From positions 13,268,001 through 13,332,000 of the forward strand of contig NC_043009.1 of NCBI RefSeq assembly GCF_006345805.1: 64,000 bases of DNA, written 5' to 3'. Origin of the DNA: Octopus sinensis. Taxonomy: Eukaryota. Positions 12,296 to 24,989 of this stretch are shown piece after piece; within the stretch, counting starts at the first letter, position 1; every line of letters begins with the position of its first letter. Below the pieces are notes generated by a model. It was not told where the DNA came from. It was given only the letters and a program-made list of their open reading frames with translations, and did not search any database. Made by a program: the position numbers and the translations under genes.

Positions 12296-12770
12296 TTTGT
12301 GCTGTCCGCTAACATCATTTAACAACCGGTGTTTTTTGCTTCCGTTCCCGTAACTTACCGGCTTGGCAAAACTGAACGATAGAATAAGTACCGGGCGTAA
12401 AAATTATATATATATATATATATATTTTTTTCTTTACTACCCTCAAGGGGCCAAAGACAGAGGGGACAAAAAAGGACAGACAAACGGATTGAGTCGATTA
12501 CATCGACCACAGTGCGTAACTAGTACATAATTTATCGACCCCGAAAGGATGAAAGGCAAAGTCGACCTCGGCGGTATTTGAACTCAGAACGTAACGGCAG
12601 ACAAAATACGGCTACGCATTTCGCCCGGCGTGCTAACGTTTCTGCCAGCTCACCGCCTTATATATATAAATGTTGCGGTCGATTCATTCGACTAAAATTT
12701 CGTCAGTACGGTTCACCGACATTGTCCCGGTCCAACGAGTAAAAAAAAAAAATGTAGAAGATATAATAGA
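12296..12770 (+). mobile_element. SINE family A, 3' half (interrupted by a SINE B)
   Basis: cccgtaacttaccggcttggcaaaa...gatagaataagtacc ... gcggtcgattcattcgactaaa. Confidence 0.65.
12425..12658 (-). mobile_element. SINE family B, tail type B1, full length, inserted in (TA)n
   Basis: aggcggtgagctggcagaaacgttagc (A box), gagttcaaatacc (B box) and ggtcgatgtaatcgac hairpin; homologous to the copies at 43597, 45301 and 45545. Confidence 0.92.
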
Positions 12771-13314
12771 AAAATAATTCAATTGAGCGGAACGTTAAAA
12801 TATTTCTAAAAATGTTATATTTTTAGGCGACAAAAAGGAAATTTGTGCGAGACAAAGACGATCACTATAGTATTAAAGCATTGATCGACCTGGAGAAAAT
12901 TTACCGAAAAATTTAGAATAATCAATTCAATGTTTCAATTCAGTTGATGTTGATCGGGAAAACTTATTTCCAGCATTTTTGTAGTTGGTGTAACAAACCC
13001 ATGAAAATAATACGCATACCAATGGTATAATCTTTTTTCGACAAATCTGTTTGTAAACTCAGTAGTTGCCAACATGAATTTGCGTTCAAAGCACACTGCG
13101 TCTGTTAAACGTATCGTAAAATAACATTGAAAGTAGATCCAAAATGAAGAAATCTCAAAACTAACACAAAATGTGTTTACTATTGTAAGATTTTCCTTCG
13201 TTGTTCTTAAAGTGAGGTACAATCAATATATTTGCAATTCATTATATGGTATTTTATGCGATATTAGCTTCTGATGTATATCTCTTGTATATTTTCACTT
13301 CTATTCATTTTAAT

Positions 13315-13500
13315 CACCTTGATCCCCTTGACCGACCAGTCCGTCAGGCGTCCATTTGACACCGCTGGTCACAGCACGCTGTCCACTCCTCTCTGGATCA
13401 CGCCTTTCTCATCTACGTGATCCCATTCGTCCTCCTGCAATCGTAACTCCACCGTCGTGGAGGCCTTCCGGGTGGTCGTTTGAGATAATTCCTAACATAT
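13315..13500 (-). mobile_element. RTE-clade LINE 3' end
   Basis: KRPPGRPPRRWS motif; the 3' UTR is homologous to 35170-35245 (tgtgaccagcg...ctggtcggtca...gatca). Confidence 0.7.
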
Positions 13501-14038
13501 GTTCTTCAGTTTTCGTACATTAAATGAGTTACAGAAGCACGCAGGCGCGCAAACACACACATGCACACACTAAAGAACACATGTACACACCCACACACCC
13601 ACACATGCACACACATGCACACACATATACACACATATATGTATATATATAAATATTGTCTGGCTAATGGATATCCCGAACCAACAACCTATGTAAGTTC
13701 TAAGTAATTCCTGAAAAGAAGTACTTTACTTATACTTGTGAACTGTCTTGAAACTCCTATTCATTTTACATGGGTCAGCAGTACTTTCACTTTAGCCTGG
13801 ACTGGCCAGAGAATAGAAATGTCTTCAAATTAACAATTTCACGTTTTTGGCCAAAGTTGTGTAATTTCTATAGACATTGCTATATAGTATTCTATGTATA
13901 TTCTTACTCTCTTCAAGTATAAATATGAATCTGTTGCTGGAAACGCTGAGACTCCACCTGAGAGACGAGCAAGCAAAGTCGTAGAAGGATAATAGGTAAT
14001 AAGTAATTCTTGCCATACTCAATAGAATTATCCACATA

Positions 14039-14336
14039 GGCGCAGGAGTGGCTGTGTGGTAAGTAGCTTGCTTACCAGCCACATGGTTCCTGGTTCAGTC
14101 CCACTGCGTGGCATAGTTTTCTACTATAGCCTCCTTGTGAGTGGATTTGGTAGACGGAAAATGAAAGAAGCCCATCGTATATATGTATATATGTGAGTAT
14201 GTGTGTATATATTTGTGTGTCTTTTTTGCCCCCCCCCCAACATGGCTTCACAACCGAGGCTGGTGTGTTTACGTTCCCGTAACTTAGCGGTGCAGCAAAA
14301 GGGTCCGATAGAATAAGTACCAGGCTTACAAAGAAT
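14039..14336 (+). mobile_element. SINE family A, 3'-truncated
   Basis: ggcgcaggagtggctgtgtggtaag... up to ggcttacaaagaat; abuts a DNA transposon fragment. Confidence 0.9.
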
Positions 14337-14339
14337 GAC

Positions 14340-15231
14340 TCCCTACCTTTCTAAGTCCAGTGGATTGAGATCTTTTTTTATAGGAGGCTGTGTTTGTAAG
14401 AACCTGACCATGGTGATTATCGCGGATCCATATTTGGCTTTTCCTAGCCTTATGAGAAAGCGTGGAGTCTTCTTGGAAGACATATGGAATTCCTTTGCTC
14501 CATCGCATTCTCTGTCTATCCACAACCTTCTCCAACACCTCCGCGTAGACAGCGTCATGGACTCATAAGACCCGTGAAAAAAGGGGCGGAACCATAACAT
14601 ATTCCTCCTTGCTGACGAATCCCAGAAACATCACTGTTTCTGGGTCTCTGCTTAAGAATCTGTAATTTCTTTTGGCCCGGATCGAATTTTTCTCATCGGA
14701 AAAACACCAAAACGTTCCGGCCTCTGGCTGTTTTTAACTTGTTTAGCAAGCATTTTTCACGGACCAAATGATTCTCTCTTCACACGACCATCATAAACTG
14801 AACCCTGCACAACACACTGGATGTTCTCCCGCACATGGTGCATTCTGAAACTTTTGGTTCTTTGCAATGGCTCTGATTGACTTTTCTGGGGGTTTACCGG
14901 TTATTATTTGAAGTTTCTATATAAAGCAGTGTTCGTGTGGGATTAGGATACTGTGCATGCGTTTTGCGTTTAGCTGCTGCTGATGGATCCTCGTCAGCAG
15001 CTTCCAGGTCCTTCCGAACTTTGACAAAATAAGATTGGGTGACTTTGAGGAAGCCAACAATCTCTGTGTCGCTATGCTGCGCTATCGAGACAGGGATTAG
15101 AACATGCCGTTTCATTTGTTGAGTCCACTCGATGTGTGAGATTATTTATCTGAAACGTAAGGTTATAAAAAATAAGTTAGGCAAAAGAGTACTTGACAGA
15201 AATCTCCTGAAAAAGCCCGACGCAACCTCTA
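14340..15231 (-). mobile_element. Tc1/mariner DD37D-like (maT) transposase remnant
   Basis: N-terminus MKRHVLI...IVGFLKV; catalytic region GIPYVFQEDS..SHKARKSQ...DLNPLD; multiple frameshifts. Confidence 0.75.
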
Positions 15232-15439
15232 TGCGTGTGTATGTGTGTATTTAGCTATTAATTCATACGTATGTGTGTGAGTATGTATATATTTATATGT
15301 ACATAAATCTGCGTGTATGTATGTATAAATGCGTATATTTAGCGATTGTTACAATTATATCATGTTTTTTCTATTTGATTGGAGTCATCAAAGGTTTTTT
15401 TACTTTCAAATTTACCGTTTCAATATTTATATCGATTCC

Positions 15440-15635
15440 AAGGCAGCGAGCTGGCAGAATTGTTAGCGCGCCAGGCGAAAGGCTTAGCAGTATTTCGCCT
15501 GTCACTACCTTCCGAGTTCAGATTCCGATGAGGTCAACTTTGCCTCGATAAATTAAGTACCAGTGAAACACTGGGGGTTGATGCAACCCCTGATCCCAAA
15601 TTTCGGGTCTTGTGACTATAGCAGAAAGGATTATT
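15440..15635 (+). mobile_element. SINE family B, tail type B2
   Basis: aggcagcgagctggcagaa head and cgataaattaagtacc core; tail aaatttcgggtcttgtg. Confidence 0.8.
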
Positions 15636-16210
15636 TATATCGATTCTGTTTAGACATTGATAAAAGACAATAACATTGTTTTGAATTCCAGAAAATATAA
15701 ATACTGAATTATTTTGGATATAGGTTTTATTTCCAAACAACATAAAATCCCGCTTTAGCTATTATTTTGAACTTGATGCTAAATGATACTCATACAGTCG
15801 AATACACCAAATACTGATCGTAGCAAGGAAAGCTCTTGCCTGGAGCGCGTGTCATAAACTGAGAAGGGTATGGAGTTCAAAGTTATCAAGGAAAGGGAAA
15901 GTGAGGTTGTTTCTAGCAAAAGAGGAGTTATTCTTCTATACAGGGCTGAAACATGGGCATTCACTAAAGCATTGAAGAATTTGCCGCTCAAATTTCAGCT
16001 ATATTAAGGCTCACAGGGAGGTGCAGATGTTACTCACGTAAAAATTTGGAAACAATGATAAATGACAACTGTAGGAAATTCGTGTTTCGAAAAGGAGGTC
16101 ATAAGGATATTACGATGATGTATTAATAAAAAAAATAATAAAAATGTGGTGAAAATTATAGTACAAAATCTAGTTTCATATTTCCAAAGTGAATTAATAT
16201 TTTGAATGTA

Positions 16211-16410
16211 AAGGCAGCGAGCTGGTAGAAACGTTAGCATGCCGGACGAAATGCTTAGTGGTGTTTCGCCTGTCTTAATGTTCTGAGTTCGACTTTGCCT
16301 TTCATCATTGCAGGGTCGATAACTTAATTACCAGTCGCTTACTGGGGTCGATCTAATCGACTGGCCCCTACTACAAAAATTTCGGGCCTTGTACCTAGAG
16401 TACAAAAGAA
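16211..16410 (+). mobile_element. SINE family B, tail type B2
   Basis: Same head and core; ggggtcgatctaatcgac hairpin. Confidence 0.85.
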
Positions 16411-16895
16411 TATTTTGAATACAGAATGGTATTGATATACTATAATAGAGATTCAATTGTTAGGAGTAACAAAAACATTCCTGATCACGTAGCAACAAGA
16501 TGTAACGTGGTGGCTTTGTATTCTTCTGAAAATATTAGACATACACCATGTATATTATACTAACTAATTAAATAACGCTAGTGTCTATAAAAAAGGATGT
16601 GATGTACCTACGAGCAAAAATACGAAGCAAACAAGGACAAGCACGTATACACACATACACAAACACACACACGCACACATGCACACATTCACTTAAATAT
16701 ATATACATACACATATGCACGTATTTATGTGTTTGCAGACACGAAAGTATATACATATATATGTGCCTGTATATAAGTTTATTTAAGTATGAATATATGA
16801 ACACACGTCTCCGAATCTGTTGTCTATGTGCGTATATACATATGTGGGTTTGTGTGTGTGTGTGAAGTGCGTCTGTGTATGCACAGATAGATTAT

Positions 16896-16896
<1 letters not shown>

Positions 16897-16944
<48 letters not shown>
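16897..16944. repeat. (GA)n microsatellite
   Basis: Direct reading. Confidence 0.95.
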
Positions 16945-16947
<3 letters not shown>

Positions 16948-17178
16948 GAATAGACACATAGATATGAATCAAGTTATTCGACTTTTGCTTGCAGTTAAAA
17001 TTTAATTTATGCACGACAGAAGAAGGATACGAAATGTTCTCCCGGATAAGAATGAACTCTGAAAAGCCAAGTACGAAAATTAATCACGTAAAACAATTTT
17101 TCCGGTTGACTCTCTTCGACGACTATGTCAGTTTCACTATATATATGTGATCTTTGAAAAAGTCTACGACTGCATTTG

Positions 17179-17249
<71 letters not shown>

Positions 17250-17410
17250 CATATATGTATATATATACATATATATATATACACAAACATATATATATAT
17301 ATATATATGTATATACATATATATATATAGAGATAGATAGATAATATATAAATATATGCATATATACATATATGTACATACCTACATATATATGTATATA
17401 TACATACATA
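17179..17410. repeat. (TA)n microsatellite
   Basis: Direct reading. Confidence 0.95.
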
Positions 17411-17960
17411 TATGGGTACAGGACATCATAAAAACGTTAAGCATAATGAGAAACGAAAACATAGAAACGAACTTTTTTTCAAACAACGAAAAACACAGAG
17501 TACAAGACATACAACACAGGGAATATTCCACGTTTCGAAGGTAAGGACGAGACGCGACTTCGGTGAAACAGTCATTCCCGCAAAGCAAATTAAATAAAAG
17601 TTAGGATTTTTTGCGGAGGGTAAAAGTGGTAACAAGAACAGGACAGTAAGAACAAAACAAGATAGTAAAAACAATAAAAAAGTAACAACAGTAAAAGACA
17701 GAACAATGAGAATAAAACAGTAAAAACAAACGATGAGGACTTTTAAGTGAAGACGAGGGAAAAATTATTTTGAACGCTTAAGGAGATAACTTGTGAAAAA
17801 GACAGAATAAGCTGGTCTGGTCTTGGTGAAGATATATCCAGAGTCGCTCCTGGCTGTTAGCTGGGTAGGTACAGTCTTTTGAAAGATTGCACAGTAGCAA
17901 GTGGTTCGGTTGGTAAACCGGAATTTAGGTTATATAAGAGACGAAAATGGATACAATAAT
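17411..17960 (-). mobile_element. Penelope-like terminal fragment ending in (TA)n
   Basis: Homologous to 46250-46670, sharing atgggtacaggac, acgtttcgaagg..gagacg..cttcg and aaagcaaat. Confidence 0.55.
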
Positions 17961-18371
17961 AATGGGAAACTCATGGTTTACGCTGACATGTCTTTAATTA
18001 AATACTTCTTACTTCATTGTTGCGTATTTAATTAAAGACATGCCAATGTAAACCATGCGTTTCCCATTCTTATTATATTAATTTTCTTCTCTGATATATA
18101 TATATATATGGAAAGTTATGGCAGATCATAGAGTCACCATTGGTTTCGCTCACCTATAAAGCCCTTGAGTCGGCTGCACTGTAAAGTGTTTTATGGGTAC
18201 GATACCAATTACCTTTCTGTTACCGGCCATTATTTCTAACTTCCTAAAGAATATATGCCATACACACACGCGCACACAAACACACACACACACAACGTTT
18301 GGACACACGCATATCTATCGTCGGACATTCATATGTGTATGTGTGAGAGGGAAGGTGTGTCTGTGTTTGTA

Positions 18372-19772
18372 TTTTTACTAGCTCCAGTTCGAGAGCTGCG
18401 GCCATGCTGGGGTAACACCGTGAGTTTTGCTACCACTTACCTTCTTGAACTCCCCTCCTCTGATATGTAGCATTTAATGAATGTCGGAGTTTGAAGTTGT
18501 TGCCCTCAATTGCGCTTCTTGCCACAAAATAGGTTCATCCAAATCTCTTGATAGGAGGGAATACAGTTTTGTTTTGAAAGCACCAACATCCTCCTACTGT
18601 TGGTTTCTCCGGTATTTTAGAAGGATATTGAAAAGTGGTGAGCCCTTGAAACCCAAGTTGTTGCAATATCTGGTCCTGTATCTTGATGTCAATGTTGAGA
18701 TTGTTGACACTGTTCTGTGGCGCACCGTTTGTGTAAGTTTCAATGCTGTAGTCTGGTAGAATTCCACCCAGGATTTTCCAGATATCTATAACTGCATATC
18801 TTTCTCACATTTTTTCAAGGATATAGAGTCTTTACTTTTTCCGTTTTTCTCAGTAGCTTCCATGTAGGAATGAGACGATCATCTTTGTATAGCTTCGCTC
18901 GATTGCTTCGAGTTCCACCGTAAATTTTACGCTGTATGGTGATCATAGTTTGAGGCAGTAGTTAAACGGCTGAGGAAAATGTCCTCCAGAGAACCATACT
19001 TGTTTTCTGTTATTTTGTTCAGAAAGGTTTCTAGGATCTATCTAACTAACTGCCTGCATTTTATTGCCAAGTCAATAACATGCATTCGGAAAGATGCATC
19101 ATTGTCGTTTCAATGCTCAGGTCGCGCAATAATTGTGATTCAGAGATTACAACCCCTCCTCAGTCAGTGTATCCTGTCTGCTTGTCATGCAGTTTGGCAT
19201 GCTGGTAGTGTAGAGCTTGGAATTTTCCAGTATTAAACAGTATGTTATTGCCTTCAGTCCGCCTGAATATTGCGCCCATCAGCTGTTGCAAGTGCGCAAT
19301 AAACCCAGGATTCTCTAGTCCCAGTGAAAATAGTTTATCGTCTGGATTACTTGCAACGGAGGCTATATGGGTAGCTGAGATACGTCTGATAGAGTCACTA
19401 CAAATTATAGCCTTAAGATATCGCCCTATGGGTAACCATTTACCATTCATTTTTTGTGATTCCTTTGAAGTAAACCCGTTGATTACTACTACCTGATCTC
19501 TTGCTTTTAGAATGTCGTATGCCCACACTCTAAGTATCGCAACTATGCAAAGACCACGCCGATCGTAGTATATCATACATTATTCGATTTTATCAGAGGC
19601 TTTAGCAAAGTTGAAATATATCATGCCCACTTTTGAATTGCTGAGTAGCTGCTTTAACATGAAGATGTAGTGCTGTGAGAACTGTATTAGGCAGCTTGTA
19701 TCTGGCCAAAAACCATGCTGGGTGTCAGTCAGCATGTCACTCTCTTCAAGGAGCACAATTACTTCAATCGCT
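18372..19772 (-). mobile_element. CR1-group LINE, RT domain to 3' end (degenerate)
   Basis: LEESDMLTDTQHGF..SCL.Q...IYFNFAKA.DK; NNILFNTGKFQALHY; DEPILWQEAQLRATTSNS; 3' tail ccagcatggccgcag. Confidence 0.9.
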
Positions 19773-20380
19773 ATAATTATGATGGGGGATTTTAATGTAC
19801 TCTGTGTTGATTGGATTACAAATATTTTGAAATCAGGCACTCCCACCTCAACTGCTGATAAAGAAGCAGTAGAATCACTTCTCGACTTTATGAATGAGTT
19901 TTTCTTGTCCCAACTTGACCTTGCACCAACAAGATATGAGAACAGTTTAGACCTTGTGTTTAGTAACCACACTAACACTATACACAATATTACAGTGGAA
20001 AAAAACCCATTCTTTCAGACATAAAATGGTTCTCTGTAACCTGAGACTCCACTAGCCAAAAGCTAACCGTAGTGACCTCTCTCCAAACAAACCCATTTGA
20101 TACTATGGATCTCTATAATGCCGACTGGGATGCAATCATAAACGAGATATCACATGCTGGTTTGTCTTTCACACATGGAAACACCTCCCCCAGCATCAAA
20201 ATATCTTCGCAGATGTTTGTTAACAGTGTCACAAACTTGTGCCAAACATACCCCACCATGATCAATGAAGAAAACTAAGTGCAAAATTCCCCAAAACAGA
20301 AAAACGACTATCAGAAAAATTAAAAGGAAAAACAAAACAAAAAAATACCAAACTAAAATACTGCTAACAGCCACAAATAT
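19773..20380 (+). mobile_element. CR1-group LINE, APE endonuclease segment, inverted relative to the adjacent RT
   Basis: IIMMGDFN...DW...LLDFMNEFFLSQ...PTRYENSLDLVFSN; ..DLYNADWDAI. Confidence 0.85.
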
Positions 20381-20582
20381 ATACGTATGTATATATGTAT
20401 ATACATATATGTATGGAAATATTAATATTTCTAAGTCTCTCTAAAGGAGACTACGGCAGCGGTATCGGATATTAATAGTTATCGCCAAGCTAACATGGCA
20501 GTCCAGAAAAATAGGACGAATGCTGCCGTTGATTAGCTCCAAGAAGCCATCGCCTCTAGCTAGCTTTGTGACACACGAACCT

Positions 20583-20652
20583 ATATGTGTATATATATAT
20601 ATATATTTATATGTGTATGTGTGTGAATGTATATATGCATATATATATATGT

Positions 20653-20732
<80 letters not shown>

Positions 20733-20795
20733 CATATATACTTATATACATATATACATATATGTATGTGTGTATATGCATATGTATATGTATGC
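20583..20795. repeat. (TA)n microsatellite
   Basis: Direct reading. Confidence 0.95.
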
Positions 20796-21230
20796 GCCCC
20801 ACACATAATAATGAAGGGAGTTGCAGTATGGGGAGTTAGGTGGCCAAATGTTAGGCGTGATGTGATCGCAGAAATTTCCTGACAGCTATGACTGGATTCT
20901 CCTGCGTGTGTGGCGTGGTGTAGTGTTCTGTTGCCAGATATAGTGTCTTCCAGCAGCCACTCCCTGGACACTCCTCCAGACACTTGATGCTGGCCTCAGT
21001 GTTGAGTCTGAAGCCGTGTAGAAAGATGAATGAAGGCATAACATCGCCATCACTAGTGATCACTCTAAACACCATGATGTTGACTGGATGTCTGATTTTT
21101 ATCACGATCGATACATATTCGTATTGGCAGAGTGAATTATCTCATGTTTTTTTCAGAGGCGGTGCCTGCTGAACCTACTATTATGTGTAGTCGACAAAAT
21201 AATAATAATAAAAAAAACAGACAATGCGCA
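20796..21230 (-). mobile_element. Tc1/mariner DD37D-like (maT) fragment
   Basis: HPVNIMVFRVITSDGDVMPSFIF.HG.RLNTE; other frame reads ...[22 protein letters not shown]. Confidence 0.8.
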
Positions 21231-21639
21231 TGCACGAAATCAAAATTATAAAATGGTGACAATTTACCCATCGCACGCTGTATATATGAAATATATTTGT
21301 GGTGAGCATCTATATGTATTCATATATGCGTGTGTCTGATAAGGAAAAAGGAATAAGAAGATATATAAAAAAATACAACAATATTATATTTCAACTTCTT
21401 CCTAGTGTTGCCAGTCTTGAAATTACAAACTGTTTATGAAAACTGTAATCCTGAATAGTATAGGTGTTTGAGCATATCCTATGCCGAGAATAAAACTGTG
21501 ATATCTATTTTGCATAGATGTCTGCACTTATAACTATTGAGAGATATCATTATGTGATATATTCATTATATCTCAATGGATTTGGCTTTGGTTTCCTGCT
21601 TTTGCTTGATAGGACTGGGTCATTCAAAGTTAGTGGTCT

Positions 21640-21950
21640 CAGCGGCATTATCTTACATAGAGCCGACAATGTCTACCACTGTTCTCCATCGCTGACGGTC
21701 CCGATCTAGGTCACTGGTGGACATAATATATTTTGCTTCTCAAGCAACGAATTATGCTATTAGGAATACACCAGCGAATTTGTTTTATATCGATACATCT
21801 CTCAAGTTCCAATGCCAATCAAAGAGTGACGACATTCTAATGTTGGACCCACTTTCAAACATCGCCAACGTTTATGAAAGATCAAAGATTGGGAAAAGGC
21901 TCGGGGCAGAATATTCAAACTACTATCCTTCATATTTGAAGTTGTGATTA
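21640..21950 (-). mobile_element. Degenerate RTE-like LINE 3' fragment
   Basis: Minus frame ending SDLDRDRQRWRTVVDIVG resembles the RTE C-terminal DRxxWR motif. Confidence 0.35.
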
Positions 21951-22118
21951 GAAGCAATTTTGGACGAAGCTGCTGTTATCTGATTTTATACAAAATCAGG
22001 TAGTGTTTTTCTTTTCATGGCAATGTCGAACAGGTTATTAGATAAACATACAAGAAATTACATGAGAACTTCTGCATGCACGCATGAAAGATCGGTTGTT
22101 TTCGAAACCGAATACTCG

Positions 22119-22119
22119 A

Positions 22120-22204
<85 letters not shown>

Positions 22205-22265
22205 GTCTGTCTGTCTTTCTGTCTGTCTATCTGTCTGTCTGTCTTTCTGCCTGCCTGCCTGCCTG
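22119..22265. repeat. Graded tetranucleotide array (ATCT)n-(GTCT)n-(GCCT)n
   Basis: Direct reading. Confidence 0.95.
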
Positions 22266-23217
22266 TCTCAATGTCCACCACCCCTCTGACAGTCCGTCCG
22301 TTTATACATAAATGTATGCATATATGTATGTATATATATATGTGTGTGTGTGTGTATGGGGGAGAGAGAGGACAGACAAGGTATTCAATAATATGCATAA
22401 CCCAGCACTATAAAGAAGTTAATGCAAGGATGTATATTGCACACATTATTTTAGCTGAGTTGGCGTAAACTGCAATAATTTGGTTCATATTTTACGAATT
22501 GAAAGCAAAAGCATCATTAAATGAAACATTGTTTTCATCTATGTACTTGATACGTTATTTAAGATGACGAAAATAAATATGTTGTGCAAGGAATACGATG
22601 GTATATTTGATCTTATCTGTTTTCATAAATGACAATAGAAAGGATAAATTTCCGATGTAGATCGTTGTATAATATACTAATGGGTTTTTACATTTGGATA
22701 ATTTCAAAATCTTCTTTTACAAATAGTTTTATTCGTGACAAGAAAATATTTATATGCTGAATGTTTGCCTTCGTTGTGGTTTCCATGTAAGAATATATTT
22801 TTACTTTCAGAGCCCAAGAATACACCCTTCGTTTCTCTATTTATAATATTTGGCATATTGTTATAAATATAGTTATTCTTTTCTTTTTCGTTGGTGACAG
22901 TTTAATTTTCATTGTTAATTTTCCTGGACATTACGCATTTTGTTAAATTTTGTAAAAACATTTCCAGCTTTTTAAATGAAATTTCATGCTCTGAAATGAA
23001 TTCATGCATTTATTCGCATTTAAGGCGTTATAATAAAAAGGACTGGATTGTCAGTTCTAATTTAAAGTTATACAAAAGTATCCAGTAAATTTCCAAGATG
23101 AAGTGAATTATATGAGCGAGAGATAATATCTATGGAGGCTTTTACTAATGACGTTTGCAATTTCTATCATGGGTGTGCGCGTACAAAACAAGTTAATACT
23201 AGTTTTTCTATTTTCAG

Positions 23218-23260
23218 GTGTCTGTGGCTGAATGATATTTATACATACAAACACATCACT
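23218..23260 (+). other. Candidate 43-nt exon, product unknown
   Basis: Acceptor agtttttctattttcag|G and consensus donor CT|gtaagt; one open frame CLWLNDIYTYKHIT. Confidence 0.3.
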
Positions 23261-23465
23261 GTAAGTTACTTTATATATACAAACACATCACGAAGTTACT
23301 TTATTCTGGAAGTTATTTCAGATAGTATACTTGACAACAGTGTAATATTATTTTTCACCGAATGATTCATTTTGATATGTAAACATACATGTATATATGT
23401 ATTTATGTATGTGTATATGTAAATAAGAATGTATGTATATGTGCGTGCATGTATGTGTATGTATA

Positions 23466-23523
<58 letters not shown>

Positions 23524-23539
23524 ATATATAGATATATAT

Positions 23540-23720
23540 ATATATATATGTGAAATTTAGGGAAAAACAACGAAAAAGACGAAGGCAGATGCATAAATAA
23601 CAAGCAGATGTAGTAGTTTGGTGAGAAGGTGAGAAAGTGTTTTACGTTTCGAGCCTACGCTCTTCAACAGAAAGGAACACGAGGAAATAAACAGAGAGAC
23701 AATAAAAACTGTTGAAGTTA
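23540..23720 (-). mobile_element. Penelope-like pLTR fragment between (TA)n arrays
   Basis: Contains the hammerhead-like motif at 23640-23673. Confidence 0.5.
23640..23673 (-). ncRNA. Minimal type I hammerhead ribozyme variant (candidate)
   Basis: uuu-CUGUUGA-A-[GAGC guag GCUC]-GAAA-CGU-A/aaa: 4-bp stem II, palindromic ACGU stem III, 3-bp stem I. A6 is replaced by U. Confidence 0.5.
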
Positions 23721-23735
23721 GAGGTCAAGATACAT

Positions 23736-23798
<63 letters not shown>

Positions 23799-24475
23799 AA
23801 TTGTATGTGTATATATATATATATATACTTGTATGTGTATTCTCCAAAATGATATATATATATATATATATATAACGGGAAAGTGTATGAAAATAAACAA
23901 AAGAAGGCAGGTGGAATACAAACAAACAAATGTATATATGTATATAATAAACTAGTTGAGCTATAACTTTAATTTAGCTTCTACGAACAATGAATAATAA
24001 TTTTTGACGTCTTACCAGAAAATTACCAAACTGTATTCAAACAATTATATGTATATGGAAATATATATACGTGTGTGTTTCAGTATGTGCGTGTGTGCGT
24101 GTTTGTGTGTGAGTATGCATTTATGCTTGTATCGTAGAGAGTGAGTGAAAGGGAAATGTCAGAGTTTGTTTTTTATGTATGTTTATATGTGTATAAATAG
24201 AGATATACATATATGTATGTGTATGTGTGTGTGTATATATGAGGATAATTTTATAACTTCGTTAGACCGAAGGGCAAAAATAAATATAAGACTCCATCTG
24301 GATGTGCTCAGCTGATACCCAGGCGAAAGGAGAAATAAATTAAAAAGTATAATGAATAAACATTCCAGTCAGTCAACACAACTTTATATCATACCTAAAT
24401 TATCAAAAATCGAATATAAGTATTATATTAAAATAATAGGGCATCCAATAGTGCAAAATATATACACAATATATA

Positions 24476-24871
24476 CGCCGGAGTGGCTGTGTGGTAAGTA
24501 GCTTGCTAACCACCCACATGGTTCCGTGTTCAGTCCCACTGCGTGGCACCTTGGGCAAGTGTCTTCTGCTATAGCCCCGGGCCGACCAATGCCTTGTGAG
24601 TAGATTTGGTAGACGGAAACTGAAAGAAGCCTGTCGTATATATGTATATATATATATGTATGTGTGTGTGTTTGTGTGTCCGTGTTTGTCCCCCTAGCAT
24701 TGCTTGACAACCGATGCTGGTGTGTTTATGTCCCCGTCACTTAGCGCTTCGGCCAAAGAGACCGATAGAATAAGTACTGGGCTTACAAAGAATAAGTCCC
24801 GGGGTCGATTATAGGCGGTGCTCCAGCATGGCCGCAGTAAAATGACTGAAACAAGTAAAAGAGTAAAGAGT
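24476..24871 (+). mobile_element. SINE family A, near full length
   Basis: End-to-end homology with 38777-39183, with a small deletion in the gtcgat hairpin. Confidence 0.93.
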
Positions 24872-24989
24872 AATAAAATGTGATAAAACTTAAAAGGTTT
24901 ATACGAGTGAAGTCGAATGAAGAGAAATATATGGAATAAATTCATGCATAATAAAGGTAACTAAAATTTAATGGAGCTAAAATAATATA

